64,000 nt of DNA from Nitrospirota bacterium (GCA_029261215.1 JAJDBT010000050.1:17982-81981); one strand, 5' to 3'. Positions 17,696 to 28,332 are shown, counted from the first letter of the stretch. Notes: generated from the letters alone by a model not told the origin. Program-made: numbers and translations.

Positions 17696-17828
17696 TTTTT
17701 TCCCGATGGTGTGTCCCCCGATTATACGGGAGTGCATTCTTTCCGGCAATATGCTAACGTTCGACATCGGAAAATGCCCTTTGGCGCACACCTTTTTTAA
17801 AGAAACGGGAGAAACCCACAAGAAAACC

Positions 17829-18278
17829 ATGCGAGAGATTGACTTTATGACGGGCGGAGAAGACTTCCAACACATGCTGGCCGCACATTTCATGCAGACA
17901 AACGTCTATTATTTTCTGCAAAATACACCGGGGGATAAACTGGCCACAGCCATTACGATGGGCGGAATGGGCAGCCTTCCAATTGTGAATCACTCCAAAA
18001 AACTGGTGGGCATCGTCAGCGAGTTTGACCTGCTAAATGCAATTATGCTGGGAAAAGCCCTTAAGGAAATCACCGCAAAAATGGTGATGACGCCCACACC
18101 GATTGTCACCTTCGACTACACCCCTGTGGAAGAAGTCATCCATTTGCTGCAAACGAAACGACTCATCCGGGTGCCCGTCACCAATAAAGAAGGTAAGCTG
18201 GTCGGCATTGTGTCACGCAAGGATATTTTGGTGGCTTACCTCAAGGCCAAAGAACTTCCACTGCCCTGGTGGTCATGA
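17829..18278 (+). CDS. CBS-pair (Bateman) domain protein
   Basis: LPIVNHSKKLVGIVSEFDL and VPVTNKEGKLVGIVSRKDI repeats. Probable start MREIDF at 17829. Confidence 0.9.
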   Translation: MREIDFMTGGEDFQHMLAAHFMQTNVYYFLQNTPGDKLATAITMGGMGSLPIVNHSKKLVGIVSEFDLLNAIMLGKALKEITAKMVMTPTPIVTFDYTPVEEVIHLLQTKRLIRVPVTNKEGKLVGIVSRKDILVAYLKAKELPLPWWS

Positions 18279-18356
18279 AACAAGCAGGAATGCCACTAAG
18301 ACAAAACCACTTGATTTCGGACGAAAATAACACTACTTTTTATAAAGAAACGCCCC

Positions 18357-19199
18357 ATGCAGACTGAATCACATATAAAAAACGAACTCTCGATTCAATC
18401 CCTTTCTTTTTCCAGAAATGGGCACGATACCTTAAAATCGCTTGATTTTACGATTCATGGCGGTGAGATGATCGGGCTCATCGGCCCAAACGGCGCAGGA
18501 AAATCCACGCTACTTAAAATCCTGATCAAATTACTAAAACCGAATCAGGGCAATATTGATTTTCAAGGCAGACCTTTTGCTGAATGGACACAAAAAGTCT
18601 TGGCGCAGCAACTGGCCTATCTTCCCCAAAATCCGGTCCTCGCGGAAGGATTTTCCGCTTTCGAAGTGGTGCTGATGGGTCGGTACACCCGGCTGGGCCG
18701 CTTTGAATGGCGTTCAAAACAGGATGACCGCATCGCCGAAGCCGCGATGAAAAAGACGGAAAGCCTCGACTTTGCCCACCGGCTCTTTACGACACTGTCC
18801 GGCGGAGAACAACAACGTGTGCTGCTCGCGCGGGCTTTGGCCCAGGAAGCCACCCTGCTGCTTTTAGATGAACCCACAGCCAGTCTCGACCTTCATCACC
18901 AACTCCATTTTTTCAAACTGCTTCAATCCCTCGTTCAATCAGGGCAAACCGTGTTCATGGCCATTCATGATCTGAATCTTGCCGCGCGGTTCTGCGAACG
19001 TCTGATTTTGCTTCATCAGGGCAAAATCGTTGCGGACGGTACGCCGCAGATGGTTCTCACCGCTGAACACTTGCTCAAGGTCTATGGCGTTGAGGCGGAG
19101 ATCTCACACAACGCCACAATCGACCGGCTTTCGGTCCTGCCGCTTTCGATTCAACACCGCATGAAGACAGACAAAAAAAAGGCGGCTCCCAATGCTTGA
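18357..19199 (+). CDS. ABC transporter ATP-binding protein, FepC/BtuD/HmuV-like
   Basis: GPNGAGKST, LSGGEQQR, LLLDEPT, HDLNLA. Confidence 0.92.
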   Translation: MQTESHIKNELSIQSLSFSRNGHDTLKSLDFTIHGGEMIGLIGPNGAGKSTLLKILIKLLKPNQGNIDFQGRPFAEWTQKVLAQQLAYLPQNPVLAEGFSAFEVVLMGRYTRLGRFEWRSKQDDRIAEAAMKKTESLDFAHRLFTTLSGGEQQRVLLARALAQEATLLLLDEPTASLDLHHQLHFFKLLQSLVQSGQTVFMAIHDLNLAARFCERLILLHQGKIVADGTPQMVLTAEHLLKVYGVEAEISHNATIDRLSVLPLSIQHRMKTDKKKAAPNA

Positions 19200-19893
19200 A
19201 CTTTATCTCAAGGGCGGCTTGCTCATGCACCCTATTTTGGCCTGTTCTGTTTTAATGCTGACAATTTTAATCGAACGCACCGCCTACTTCTGGCGCATAG
19301 GATCAGGCACCATTTTAGAAAAATTCCCTTTGATTGAAAGGTGCTTATTGGAAGGAAATACATCAGAAGCCAAAAAAATTGCAGGAGCACTTTCCGGACC
19401 AATCGCTCATATTCTTCAAATTGGCTTAGTTCATCCCGAGGAAAAAGCAGAAATCATTGAAGAAAACATGGCCATCGCCGGGGATGAAATCGCGCGACAG
19501 GCCGCAAAGGGCCTCTCGCTCCTGGCGCTTATTCCTTCCATTTCGACCCTGCTGGGTCTTCTTGGCACAGTTATTGGGCTTTCGCTCGCTTTTCAAAAAG
19601 TCGCCTTGCTTGAAAACCTTGTTTCACCCGCGCTCCTGGCCTCCGGCATCTGGGTTGCGCTGATTACAACTGTTGCGGGCTTGCTCGTCGCGATCCCCTC
19701 ACTGATCGCCCATCACTATATTCAAAACAAAGTCTCCCGCCTCACATTTGAAATCGAACACTTCGGCAGTCGTTTATTGCTGTTGCTCAAAAAGCATCAA
19801 TCGCACACTGAATCTGGCGATGAAAAAAGCCCCTTAAATCCACACTATGAAAACCCGGCTTTTCGCATGACGACCCAACAAGGAAACCCCTGA
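19192..19893 (+). CDS. exbB: MotA/TolQ/ExbB proton channel protein
   Basis: GGLLMHPIL, LLGLLGTVIG, GIWVALITTVAGLLVAIP. Confidence 0.9.
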   Translation: MLELYLKGGLLMHPILACSVLMLTILIERTAYFWRIGSGTILEKFPLIERCLLEGNTSEAKKIAGALSGPIAHILQIGLVHPEEKAEIIEENMAIAGDEIARQAAKGLSLLALIPSISTLLGLLGTVIGLSLAFQKVALLENLVSPALLASGIWVALITTVAGLLVAIPSLIAHHYIQNKVSRLTFEIEHFGSRLLLLLKKHQSHTESGDEKSPLNPHYENPAFRMTTQQGNP

Positions 19894-20318
19894 TGCTTCG
19901 CCTTAAATCGGCGCGGCCCGCATCGGACGCTTCACCCAGTATTAACCTCACACCCATGCTGGATGCGGTGTTTCTTATTTTGATTTTTTTCCTGCTCACC
20001 TCAATCATCGCAGCAAAACCCGTAATTAAACTCGATTTACCTCAGTCCGAAAGCAGCCAGGCGCTCCCCATTAAAAACCAGGTGCAGGTCGTGATTCAAA
20101 AAGACGGAACGATTGAAATTGATGAACGGCCAGTGAGTTTAAATGAACTCGAAGGAATGCTTCAGCAAAAAATGGGAGGCAATACAGAAGAGAAATTACT
20201 GATCTCTGCGGATAAAGCCGCACCCTTTGGCCAATTCATCAAAGTCCTCGATGTTGTCAAAAGGCTCAACATCGACAATTTAGAAATCCTGACGGCAATG
20301 CCAAAAGAGGCACAATGA
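19893..20318 (+). CDS. exbD: ExbD/TolR protein
   Basis: INLTPMLDAVFLILIFFLL, LDLP, ISADK. Confidence 0.92.
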   Translation: MLRLKSARPASDASPSINLTPMLDAVFLILIFFLLTSIIAAKPVIKLDLPQSESSQALPIKNQVQVVIQKDGTIEIDERPVSLNELEGMLQQKMGGNTEEKLLISADKAAPFGQFIKVLDVVKRLNIDNLEILTAMPKEAQ

Positions 20319-21106
20319 AATCCCAGGGCATCGCATTATGCATCGCGCTGGCCTTTCATGTTTTTCTATTGACCCTTCCGGGAACAGCAGCACGTAAAAG
20401 CCCAATCAAAGCGGGCAGTCCGACGAAGGCGATTTCAGTCCAACTCAACCGTGTTCAGGAAAAGAAACGGCACGTTGTTCTGGAAAAAACGGCGGCTCAA
20501 ATCCCCATAAAAAGAGAACCAGAAAAACCTCCTCAAAAAAAGATCTCTGTCAAAAAACCCCTCGAAATAAAAAAATCCCCACAAAAAATAGAAACACAGA
20601 CACCGAAAACAGTGCTAATGAAGCCCATTGAAACACCGTCGATTCTCCCTGAACCGACCGCTAAAGATTTAGTTGTGACTGAGAAAACATTGCCGAAACA
20701 GGATCAAGATCAGGAGACACTCAAAACAAGTCCCACCGTTGATCCTGAAGAAACACCTAACGAAGGAGCACTTCTCGAAGAGGATGTGATTCAAATTGAA
20801 AAACAATCCAATACCCTGATTAAAGCCCCTATTCCGGCAGAAAACATCCAAATTGAACACATCAAAAACCCAAGCTACCCTATCTCAGCCCGAAGACAAC
20901 AACGCGAAGGCACAGTCCAATTAAAAATCCAGGTGCTCGAAAATGGCGGGGTCGGAAAGGTCGAACTCTATAAAACATCGGGCTGGGAAGACCTTGATGA
21001 AGCAGCCCTCAAAGCCGTCACTGAATGGCATTTTAGGCCGGCAACCCGAAATGGCCGTCCCATCCGGCAAGCCGCCATTTTCCCCATTCACTTCACCCTG
21101 CGATAA
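20315..21106 (+). CDS. tonB: Energy transducer TonB
   Basis: N-terminal TM with His, Pro/Lys/Glu-rich linker, YPISARRQQREGTV...SGWEDLDEAALKAV...W.F.PA C-terminal domain. Confidence 0.92.
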   Translation: MKSQGIALCIALAFHVFLLTLPGTAARKSPIKAGSPTKAISVQLNRVQEKKRHVVLEKTAAQIPIKREPEKPPQKKISVKKPLEIKKSPQKIETQTPKTVLMKPIETPSILPEPTAKDLVVTEKTLPKQDQDQETLKTSPTVDPEETPNEGALLEEDVIQIEKQSNTLIKAPIPAENIQIEHIKNPSYPISARRQQREGTVQLKIQVLENGGVGKVELYKTSGWEDLDEAALKAVTEWHFRPATRNGRPIRQAAIFPIHFTLR

Positions 21107-21153
21107 ACACCAACCCGCTTTGATCTGGCCCTTTTTATGATAAACTGCTGCCC

Positions 21154-21420
21154 ATGCGGATTTTCATTATCAATCTCCTCATTGGCCTGCTTGTAGCGAC
21201 CATCGCGCAAAGTAAAGGGCACTCTTTTAGCAAATGGTTGATCAACGGCGCCATCCTCGGACCATTTGCCCTGCTTTACAGCATTTTCATGCCTCGAAAA
21301 AAACAGCGCAGTTCGGGACAAAAGAAACAAATCAACTGCCCGCACTGCAACAAAATGATCGAAGTCGACGCAACACGCTGCCCGTATTGCGAAAAAAAGA
21401 TTGATATTATTGATGTGTAG
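21154..21420 (+). CDS. Small membrane protein with a C-terminal zinc ribbon
   Basis: Two hydrophobic segments followed by CPHC-x10-CPYC. Confidence 0.75.
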   Translation: MRIFIINLLIGLLVATIAQSKGHSFSKWLINGAILGPFALLYSIFMPRKKQRSSGQKKQINCPHCNKMIEVDATRCPYCEKKIDIIDV

Positions 21421-21519
21421 GGAAGGGAAACTTCATCATCCCTTGAAGTCTGCTTCGATATGAAATAAACGACACAATCCTTAGGTGAAGAAGCGAACTA
21501 AAACTATCTCGTATTGACT

Positions 21520-22647
21520 TCAATTTAACATCTCTTGATAAAGTGTCGCGTATGTCTGCGCCATCTTCTGAGCAGAAAAGTGTTCAAGAATATGCTGACG
21601 CCCGTTTTGAGCAATTTTTTTAGAAAAAGTTTCATCATAGAGCAGACGCTCCCAGCATTGTGTCAAGGTTTTGTGATCCCCGAAATCCGCCAAAAGCCCT
21701 GTTTTTTCATGCACAATAAGTTGATCAACGCCAGGAATGTTGTAGGCCGCAACCGGTACACCCATTGCCATCGCCTCCATCATGCAGCGTGGAATGCCTT
21801 CTAATGAAGAAGTCATGCAGAATAAATCAATTTCTTTCAAAATCTTCAGCCGATCAGCACGATATCCCAGGAAAGTGATGTTCCTTGAGGAAGGAAGCGA
21901 TTGTGCATAGGCCTCTAATTCCGCCTTTTGATCGCCTTCTCCAATTAAAAACAGACACGTGTCGGGATGATTTTGATAGAGCAGATCAAACGTTTTAATC
22001 AAATCCCTTATGTTTTTTCGTGAAGCCATCTGCCCCACATACGCTATTTTTTTTGCTTTGAGATCCGGGTACAAAAGTGGATTTTGCGTATCTAACTCAA
22101 TTTCGGCTTCTTTTAAATCTACCCCATTCAGAATCATTCTTATTTTTTTAGGAGGCACTTTTATTTTGAGCATATCGGCCGCCAATGCTTTTGACAAAGG
22201 GGAGACCCGGTCAAAATATTTAAGACTATAACAACCCATACGAATAAATAGTTGCAGTTTTTTATCAGATGAGTTTTCAAAGCCGTGCGGGGTACTAATG
22301 GATTTAATTCCTGTTTTTTTTGCGGCAATAAGGCCTAAAATATCTGATTTATATCCGTGCGTATGAATGATGTCGATCTTTTCATCCTGAATAAAGCGGC
22401 ACAGTTGTCCGATAACCTTGACATCAAAACGACCCTTCATTTCAAAACGGTCTGCAGGCAGGTTCAAAGCCTGAAAACGATGAAACAATTCCAGGTTTTG
22501 GTCCTGAGATTCCAAAGTAATGGCAAGACGACAGTGGACTTCTTCAGGATTCAGGTTTTTCGCCAAGGCCAAAATCCACATTTCTGCGCCGTAAAATCCG
22601 GTGGGACAGATAAACTGCAGTACATTCATATGTTTCCGCGATTCCAA
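21520..22647 (-). CDS. GT4 glycosyltransferase
   Basis: GFYGAE, IIHTHG, ILNGVD, EGIPRCMMEAMA (EX7E). Start may be MNVLQ, six codons in. Confidence 0.93.
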   Translation of the reverse strand: MESRKHMNVLQFICPTGFYGAEMWILALAKNLNPEEVHCRLAITLESQDQNLELFHRFQALNLPADRFEMKGRFDVKVIGQLCRFIQDEKIDIIHTHGYKSDILGLIAAKKTGIKSISTPHGFENSSDKKLQLFIRMGCYSLKYFDRVSPLSKALAADMLKIKVPPKKIRMILNGVDLKEAEIELDTQNPLLYPDLKAKKIAYVGQMASRKNIRDLIKTFDLLYQNHPDTCLFLIGEGDQKAELEAYAQSLPSSRNITFLGYRADRLKILKEIDLFCMTSSLEGIPRCMMEAMAMGVPVAAYNIPGVDQLIVHEKTGLLADFGDHKTLTQCWERLLYDETFSKKIAQNGRQHILEHFSAQKMAQTYATLYQEMLN

Positions 22648-22771
22648 TAACGGATCATCGAGACATTACGGAGGCGATACCCGAGACGGCAGGCCAATGC
22701 TTCATGCTGAAGAATTGCTCACCAGAATCAAATAAACCCTGGTCTGTCCGATTCCTTAGATCCGCTCATCA

Positions 22772-23311
22772 TCATTTTCTTTTTTTAAGCACTCTTGCCG
22801 GGTTTCCTGCAACAATTGAAAAATCTTCAACAGGTTTTGTCACGACAGCACCCGCGCCCACGATACACTTTTTTCCGACACTGGCCATAATCACGGCGCA
22901 ATTTCCAATCCAGACATCCTCTCCAATCACGACTTTCTCAAACACACCAACTTGTTCTTGAATAGGTCTTTCCAGGTCGCTGAAATCATGCTGGTTTTTA
23001 CCGCTCAGAATATGGACGTTGCTTCCAATCGTGCAGTGATTTTCGATCTTGCAACTTCCGATATTGCAGTTTGGCCCGATGTAAACATTCCGCCCAATTT
23101 CTGTATCCGACTGGGAAAAAATAGTTCCAAACAAAATAGCACATTCCCGATCACACCGCGTCATCGTCCACTGGTAAAAACTTTTTCTCAAAAAGTTTCC
23201 CACCACACCCGGAATCAGGCTCAATAACTGAGAAATCGACCAGAAAACCTGATCCTTCCGATCCAATAAACAAGCCAGATAAAAAAATAACAATAGCGGC
23301 AGGTCAAGCAT
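22772..23311 (-). CDS. Hexapeptide-repeat (LbH) O-acyltransferase
   Basis: IGRNVYIG, IGEDVWIG, VGAGAVVT, IVAGNPARVLK. The frame stays open upstream to about 23362. Confidence 0.92.
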   Translation of the reverse strand: MLDLPLLLFFYLACLLDRKDQVFWSISQLLSLIPGVVGNFLRKSFYQWTMTRCDRECAILFGTIFSQSDTEIGRNVYIGPNCNIGSCKIENHCTIGSNVHILSGKNQHDFSDLERPIQEQVGVFEKVVIGEDVWIGNCAVIMASVGKKCIVGAGAVVTKPVEDFSIVAGNPARVLKKRK

Positions 23312-23394
23312 GAAACAAACGACATCTGCGACAATTTTAATTGTGGTCTTAATTTTAACGCCTCATCCTAATTATATTTTACCCGCGCCATCAT

Positions 23395-26376
23395 TCAAGG
23401 CGTAAAATCATCTACACTGGGTTTAACCCGTTCTACCTGAGGTGCGATCCTGACATAACCCTGGTCTGGTCGTTCCAAGCCATCCCACTCTGGTGTTTTC
23501 CATTCGACAAGGGAACGCCTGTATGCAGGCTTCATATGAGAAATAAATTCCCCAACCTGATATCGGAACGCCCACAATTTTATCGTATCACTTTCCCTAA
23601 AACTTGTCGTCCCTGCATCCCCTTCATAAGACTGAAGTGAGCGCTCTTGCAAATCAATCTGTTGCCTTAGCCATTCGGAAACAATGTATCTTGGTTTTTT
23701 TGTCTCTGTCGTGAGCAGCGTCAAGTATTCCAGCATTTGCTGCCCGATAGTAAATGACTTTAACCGGACCGATGCCATGGGGCCATCGGAATGAGGATAA
23801 AAGAGAGATGTCTGCTCTGCCGTCCGCCAAGCCGCTTCACTGCCAATACTTTGCCAGGGCAGGATGGCAACGGCGCCCTTTGACCAGGCAGAAAGCGACC
23901 AAAGTACAGGCTGGGTATTGGGCATTTCGATCTTGTTGGCCGTTCCGTATTCCGCAAAATAGGATTTTCCAGACAAGATTTCTTCATCCCGTTTTTGCCG
24001 CACTTTTTGAATCGTATTTTGTCCAATATAGGTCATATCCATCAAGCCCCACAGCATGTTGCGCGAAAATTGTCTTTGAGAAATATCACCGCGATACCAC
24101 ATGTGCGCATCGCCCATAACCGGATCAACAGCCGAGTGCCACAAAAGGCCATACCATCGCAAGGCCCAAAAATCCTGTGTATGCACAGGCTCGTCCAGTA
24201 TCCACGGAGCAGAACTTTGAGCGTTCTTTTCTCGATAATAAACCTTGTTATTCAGGTAAAACTGAAAGAGCGTATCATGCCATCCCATGCCATCAACATG
24301 TTTGGCAAAAGCAGCAAAGGCCTCCTTCATTTGCGATTGATATTCAGCCGTGAAGGCTTCATCAGCCCAATAGGAAGGCTGGTAGTGCTCAAAAATATTG
24401 ACTGGCCAATTCTCATTAAATGGCAAATAAAAAACGTCAACCGGCTCACCACTTCTAGGTAAGTCTTTAAAGGCTGATCCGTCCAGCAAAGGCCCTATTT
24501 TTTGATCCCACTCAGCCCATTCAAAATAACTTCCACGGTGTTCTGGCGCAAACTCAGGCACACCATTCCATCCATAGGGTAAGCGGTTAATCACCGTTCG
24601 ATGCGCATGCGCCAGACGGTAATAATCATAACTGTCGTAAGGCGAGACCGTGTTGTAGGCATTCATTTCAGGAATAAAGGAAAGTTTGTTCGGGAGCGTA
24701 AAATCCCATACGGTGAGATCAATATCAATCACAAGCCGTTCCAACCCGTTCGAAAGCAACAAGCGACCTTGTTTCTTGCCTGGAGGTTCATCATGCGGAA
24801 TATAAAGTTCCAGGACCAGCGAATGATTTTTTTGATCCGGAATACGAATAAGGCCTGCCTTTGAAGGGATTGAAACCCTCGTGTCCAGAGGAAGAAGAGG
24901 GTCTGGCAAAGTCGTTATTTTTTCCCCATTTTGGTCAATCACATCGACGTAGGCAAATTCAAAGATCTTCGGTCTAAGCCGGGGGGACTGTTCAAAATCG
25001 TATGTAACCGTCATTTCACTCGCAAGCCCCTCAAGGCTAAGCTGAAAAAAAACGGTTTCATTCCTCGCAGACTGCAGACGAACCCTTTTTTCTTCTGCGG
25101 AAAAAAGATGGTTTCCGTTTTTATACCCTTCCACCCGCTCAGGAATCATTCCGCCTTGAACAGGGTCAATTTTATCCAGAAGATCAACAACAGAAACCCT
25201 TACGCCACCTACGGTAAGTCCCACTTTTTTTGAAGGAAAAGGTCGGACCTCAGGTCGAGGAAGACGCAGGGGTTCTACTCCGGACGAAACTCGTACTGGC
25301 AGAATCAATGCCGTTCCTGTATTCCCGGCACTATCCACAGGACGAATACTCAAGACAATCACCTCTCCTGCTTTTAAATTGAGATCCTGAATGTGCATCC
25401 GGACAGGCTCAGCGGCCCTAGCCGCCATTGGGATCAGATACCGCGGCATTGATTTTTCATTATGGTCTCTCACATAACTCACCTCAAATCCAAGCGTTTT
25501 CCCGCCGCCGGTATCAAGAGGCGTCTTCCAGCTCACGAGCGCTTCTCCAGCCGGGAATCCTTCAGTTTCGATTTCCATTAACTCTATCGCCTGAGGGGGA
25601 ACTGTATCTACTCCTTCCGTCCATATTTCTAACCATGGTCTTCCGCGTCTTGCTTCTCGACTATAAAAAAATCGGTTTGGGAAGAGCGTGTATTCAAAGT
25701 GCTTTTGGACGATTGACCAGGTACTTCCAACGTCATCATACAATGCAAACCCATGACTCAAGCCCGCTACCTTTGCCGCGACCACATCCGGAGAAACAGC
25801 ACAGCTTTGCCATCCCTGAGCATCTGGTGCACCACATTCAGAAAATTGCCAGATGGTCTGCCCTAAACCGAATGCGACATCCACGAAGGTACTCCCTGGG
25901 TAAGACCAATCCTGTTCTTGAACCCTGGCCTGCATAAAAGAGCTACTTCCTCTCTGCAGCCGATATTGCCTTGAAGTCCCCTCTATCCAAGGACTCGCGA
26001 TGCTGGACACACTCAAACGTGCAATCGGAGCCTTGCTCGGAGATGCAGAACGTAGGTACAATAACGCTCCTGTCACAATTTTCCCCTTAAGAGACGACAA
26101 ATCTGCATCGATCAGCGCAAATTCCTGCAGGCTCTTTACCTTCAATTCCTTGGCACTGCCATTACTCCCATAGGCTTCATCAGGAACAGCAGAAATCCAT
26201 GTGTCCCGTGTGACTGGATAACTTTTTTTTGTTCCCAGAGGCGGCCAAGAAGTTCTAGTTGGGGGCAACAGAGCGGTGTCTTGATCCGATTTTGCCAAGA
26301 GGGTTCCTCTACCCCATACCATAAATAAGAGATAAGGAACAAGAAATAACAGGAAGGATCTATTCAAACGATTCAA
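23395..26376 (-). CDS. Large exported protein: DNRLRE-like N-domain, FN3-like domain, DUF4091/GH123-like C-terminal region
   Basis: N-terminal hydrophobic segment; VTRDTWIS...ALIDADLSSLKG.IVTGALLYLR; DTVPPQAI...VSWKTP...RPVDSAGN; LQSARNETVFFQ, LTVWDFTLP, YP...SVRL. Domain names are from pattern recall. Confidence 0.6.
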   Translation of the reverse strand: MNRLNRSFLLFLVPYLLFMVWGRGTLLAKSDQDTALLPPTRTSWPPLGTKKSYPVTRDTWISAVPDEAYGSNGSAKELKVKSLQEFALIDADLSSLKGKIVTGALLYLRSASPSKAPIARLSVSSIASPWIEGTSRQYRLQRGSSSFMQARVQEQDWSYPGSTFVDVAFGLGQTIWQFSECGAPDAQGWQSCAVSPDVVAAKVAGLSHGFALYDDVGSTWSIVQKHFEYTLFPNRFFYSREARRGRPWLEIWTEGVDTVPPQAIELMEIETEGFPAGEALVSWKTPLDTGGGKTLGFEVSYVRDHNEKSMPRYLIPMAARAAEPVRMHIQDLNLKAGEVIVLSIRPVDSAGNTGTALILPVRVSSGVEPLRLPRPEVRPFPSKKVGLTVGGVRVSVVDLLDKIDPVQGGMIPERVEGYKNGNHLFSAEEKRVRLQSARNETVFFQLSLEGLASEMTVTYDFEQSPRLRPKIFEFAYVDVIDQNGEKITTLPDPLLPLDTRVSIPSKAGLIRIPDQKNHSLVLELYIPHDEPPGKKQGRLLLSNGLERLVIDIDLTVWDFTLPNKLSFIPEMNAYNTVSPYDSYDYYRLAHAHRTVINRLPYGWNGVPEFAPEHRGSYFEWAEWDQKIGPLLDGSAFKDLPRSGEPVDVFYLPFNENWPVNIFEHYQPSYWADEAFTAEYQSQMKEAFAAFAKHVDGMGWHDTLFQFYLNNKVYYREKNAQSSAPWILDEPVHTQDFWALRWYGLLWHSAVDPVMGDAHMWYRGDISQRQFSRNMLWGLMDMTYIGQNTIQKVRQKRDEEILSGKSYFAEYGTANKIEMPNTQPVLWSLSAWSKGAVAILPWQSIGSEAAWRTAEQTSLFYPHSDGPMASVRLKSFTIGQQMLEYLTLLTTETKKPRYIVSEWLRQQIDLQERSLQSYEGDAGTTSFRESDTIKLWAFRYQVGEFISHMKPAYRRSLVEWKTPEWDGLERPDQGYVRIAPQVERVKPSVDDFTP

Positions 26377-26489
26377 AATAAACTTCCAATAGATATCTCC
26401 GCAATCGCTTATCTTCGTTAAAAATAAGAGAGTGTCGGTTACCTACAGCTGAAACAAAAAAAGAGGAGTGATCAATTTTTATTTATGGG

Positions 26490-27989
26490 TCAAGAAGATG
26501 ATCCTTCTGCGCTGAAAAAATTTTCTTTTATTTCGAGATACTTATTTTTAAGAGCTTCTTTTTCGCCTTTCGTCAGCCATCCGCAAAAAAGAAGAAATAG
26601 TGCAAACAACGAGATCATCAAAAACCCTTTAAGAATTTCTAAATAGATACTTTGAAAAGAAAACAATGAAGAAAGCACAAAAAAACCGATGGCACCAAAA
26701 AGCAACACAGCAAGACGTTTGAATTCATACTGAATATTCAGAACCCTTCTAAAACTAAAATAACTTGTTCCTGCAAAAACGACATACGTGAGAATCGTCA
26801 TCCAGGCGGCCGCCATGTAACCATATCTCGGAAGTAGAAAGATATTTCCAGCAATGTTAACCAAGGCGGCGGGAATATGAATCATGCAAATAAGCCACGT
26901 TTTGTTTTTTATGTATGCGCCGCCGGTAAAAAAAGTACTGATCCCATGAAAACAAAGACCCACTGCGACAAAAGGAATGACTTCGTGTGCTATGAAAAAC
27001 TTTTCATCCGCCAAAATACTCACGATGCTCTGTGAGAACACGCTCAATGAGAACATGGCAAAAATATAAATCCCCATAAAATACGTTGTCACACGGGTAT
27101 ATTCGTAAGCCCCATCCGGACGATTCGCAATTTCGTACAAGGTGGCCCCCAACCAAATAAAACTGAACGACTGAAGTATCACTGCATTCAACATCCAGGG
27201 AAATTTATATCCCAGACTGTAGATACCAACATCCGACAACAAACCGTAGTATCGAATCAAAAATCGGTCGGCATTGTGCAAAACGGCACCAATCAGTTCT
27301 GCGCCAATCAACGGCGCGCCAAACAGCAGCATACGTTTCATCATCGGAAGCTCAATCCTAATCCCATTGAGAATTGAGCTATGAGTCACAATTATGATTG
27401 CAATCACGCCATTGGACAAGAGCGCCCCATACAACATGCCCAGTACCCCCAGCTCAAGCTGAACGATAAAATACAGATTAGCGCTGATATTCAGCATTAG
27501 CTTTACAAGGCTATAACCTACGTATACCGTGGAGCGTTTCGCAGCCATAAAACCGCTTGTTACAACCATGATGATCAATTCAAAAAATAAAACGAAAAGC
27601 ATCAGGTTAACAAAATTGGCGTATTCGGTTTTACCCAGGATGAATCTAGCAATCCCTTCATTCAAAAATAACCCAGTCAAGCATCCAATGCTTCCAACTA
27701 TCAAGATATACCCTGTGCCTGTCGAAACTACGATTTTTTTGTGGGAGGGAAGTGAATTCTCACTAAAAAACTTGGGTATGGCAATTTGGAGTCCTGATAA
27801 TGCGACAAGCATCATCATTTGGCGGGTATAATCAAGGATTTCTAAAATACCGTAGTCTTCTTTTGAGAGAAACCGGGTGTAAATAGGCATGAGTAAAATA
27901 CCTGCCGCACTGCTTGCTATCCAGGTAATCGAATAAATAATTGAATGGAGGGATAAATCTTTGATTGTTTTTTTTAACAAAAGAAGCAA
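26490..27989 (-). CDS. Wzx-type oligosaccharide flippase
   Basis: LLMPIYTRFLSKEDYG, DRFLI...VGIYSLG, many TM segments. Confidence 0.92.
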   Translation of the reverse strand: MLLLLKKTIKDLSLHSIIYSITWIASSAAGILLMPIYTRFLSKEDYGILEILDYTRQMMMLVALSGLQIAIPKFFSENSLPSHKKIVVSTGTGYILIVGSIGCLTGLFLNEGIARFILGKTEYANFVNLMLFVLFFELIIMVVTSGFMAAKRSTVYVGYSLVKLMLNISANLYFIVQLELGVLGMLYGALLSNGVIAIIIVTHSSILNGIRIELPMMKRMLLFGAPLIGAELIGAVLHNADRFLIRYYGLLSDVGIYSLGYKFPWMLNAVILQSFSFIWLGATLYEIANRPDGAYEYTRVTTYFMGIYIFAMFSLSVFSQSIVSILADEKFFIAHEVIPFVAVGLCFHGISTFFTGGAYIKNKTWLICMIHIPAALVNIAGNIFLLPRYGYMAAAWMTILTYVVFAGTSYFSFRRVLNIQYEFKRLAVLLFGAIGFFVLSSLFSFQSIYLEILKGFLMISLFALFLLFCGWLTKGEKEALKNKYLEIKENFFSAEGSSS

Positions 27990-28332
27990 CCCTTAGAGTG
28001 TATTGGTTCAAAAGCCCTCGAATTCATTCGGAGACATCATCCCAAAAAGAAACACCCACTCTCCTGAGAATATGGTACTAGCAGTATCACAATTAACTCT
28101 ACACCATCCACCCAAATTGTCCAGAACAACATTTATCCAATTTTTTAATTATTTCTCCGAGAAGACAGAACGCCTTTCCAAGTAAACTCTGGATTCAACA
28201 AATTCCATTCTTTCAAAATCTGTTCAGATTTTGGGCTTATCAGTCTCCCTAAAAGCATTGGGCACAAAGGTTCTGGTTATAGCGATAAGGATTTGCCAGT
28301 GCGACGAAGTAATTTATCGTATTTATCTTTTT

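Noticed and set aside
17696-17893. Apparent overlap of rnr and the CBS gene through long N-terminal extensions
   Set aside because: Artefact of longest-ORF calling. Starts at 17695 and 17829 leave a normal divergent gap.
18279-18356. Cobalamin riboswitch or Fur box upstream of the ABC/TonB unit
   Set aside because: The 78-nt gap is too short for the riboswitch and has no convincing consensus.
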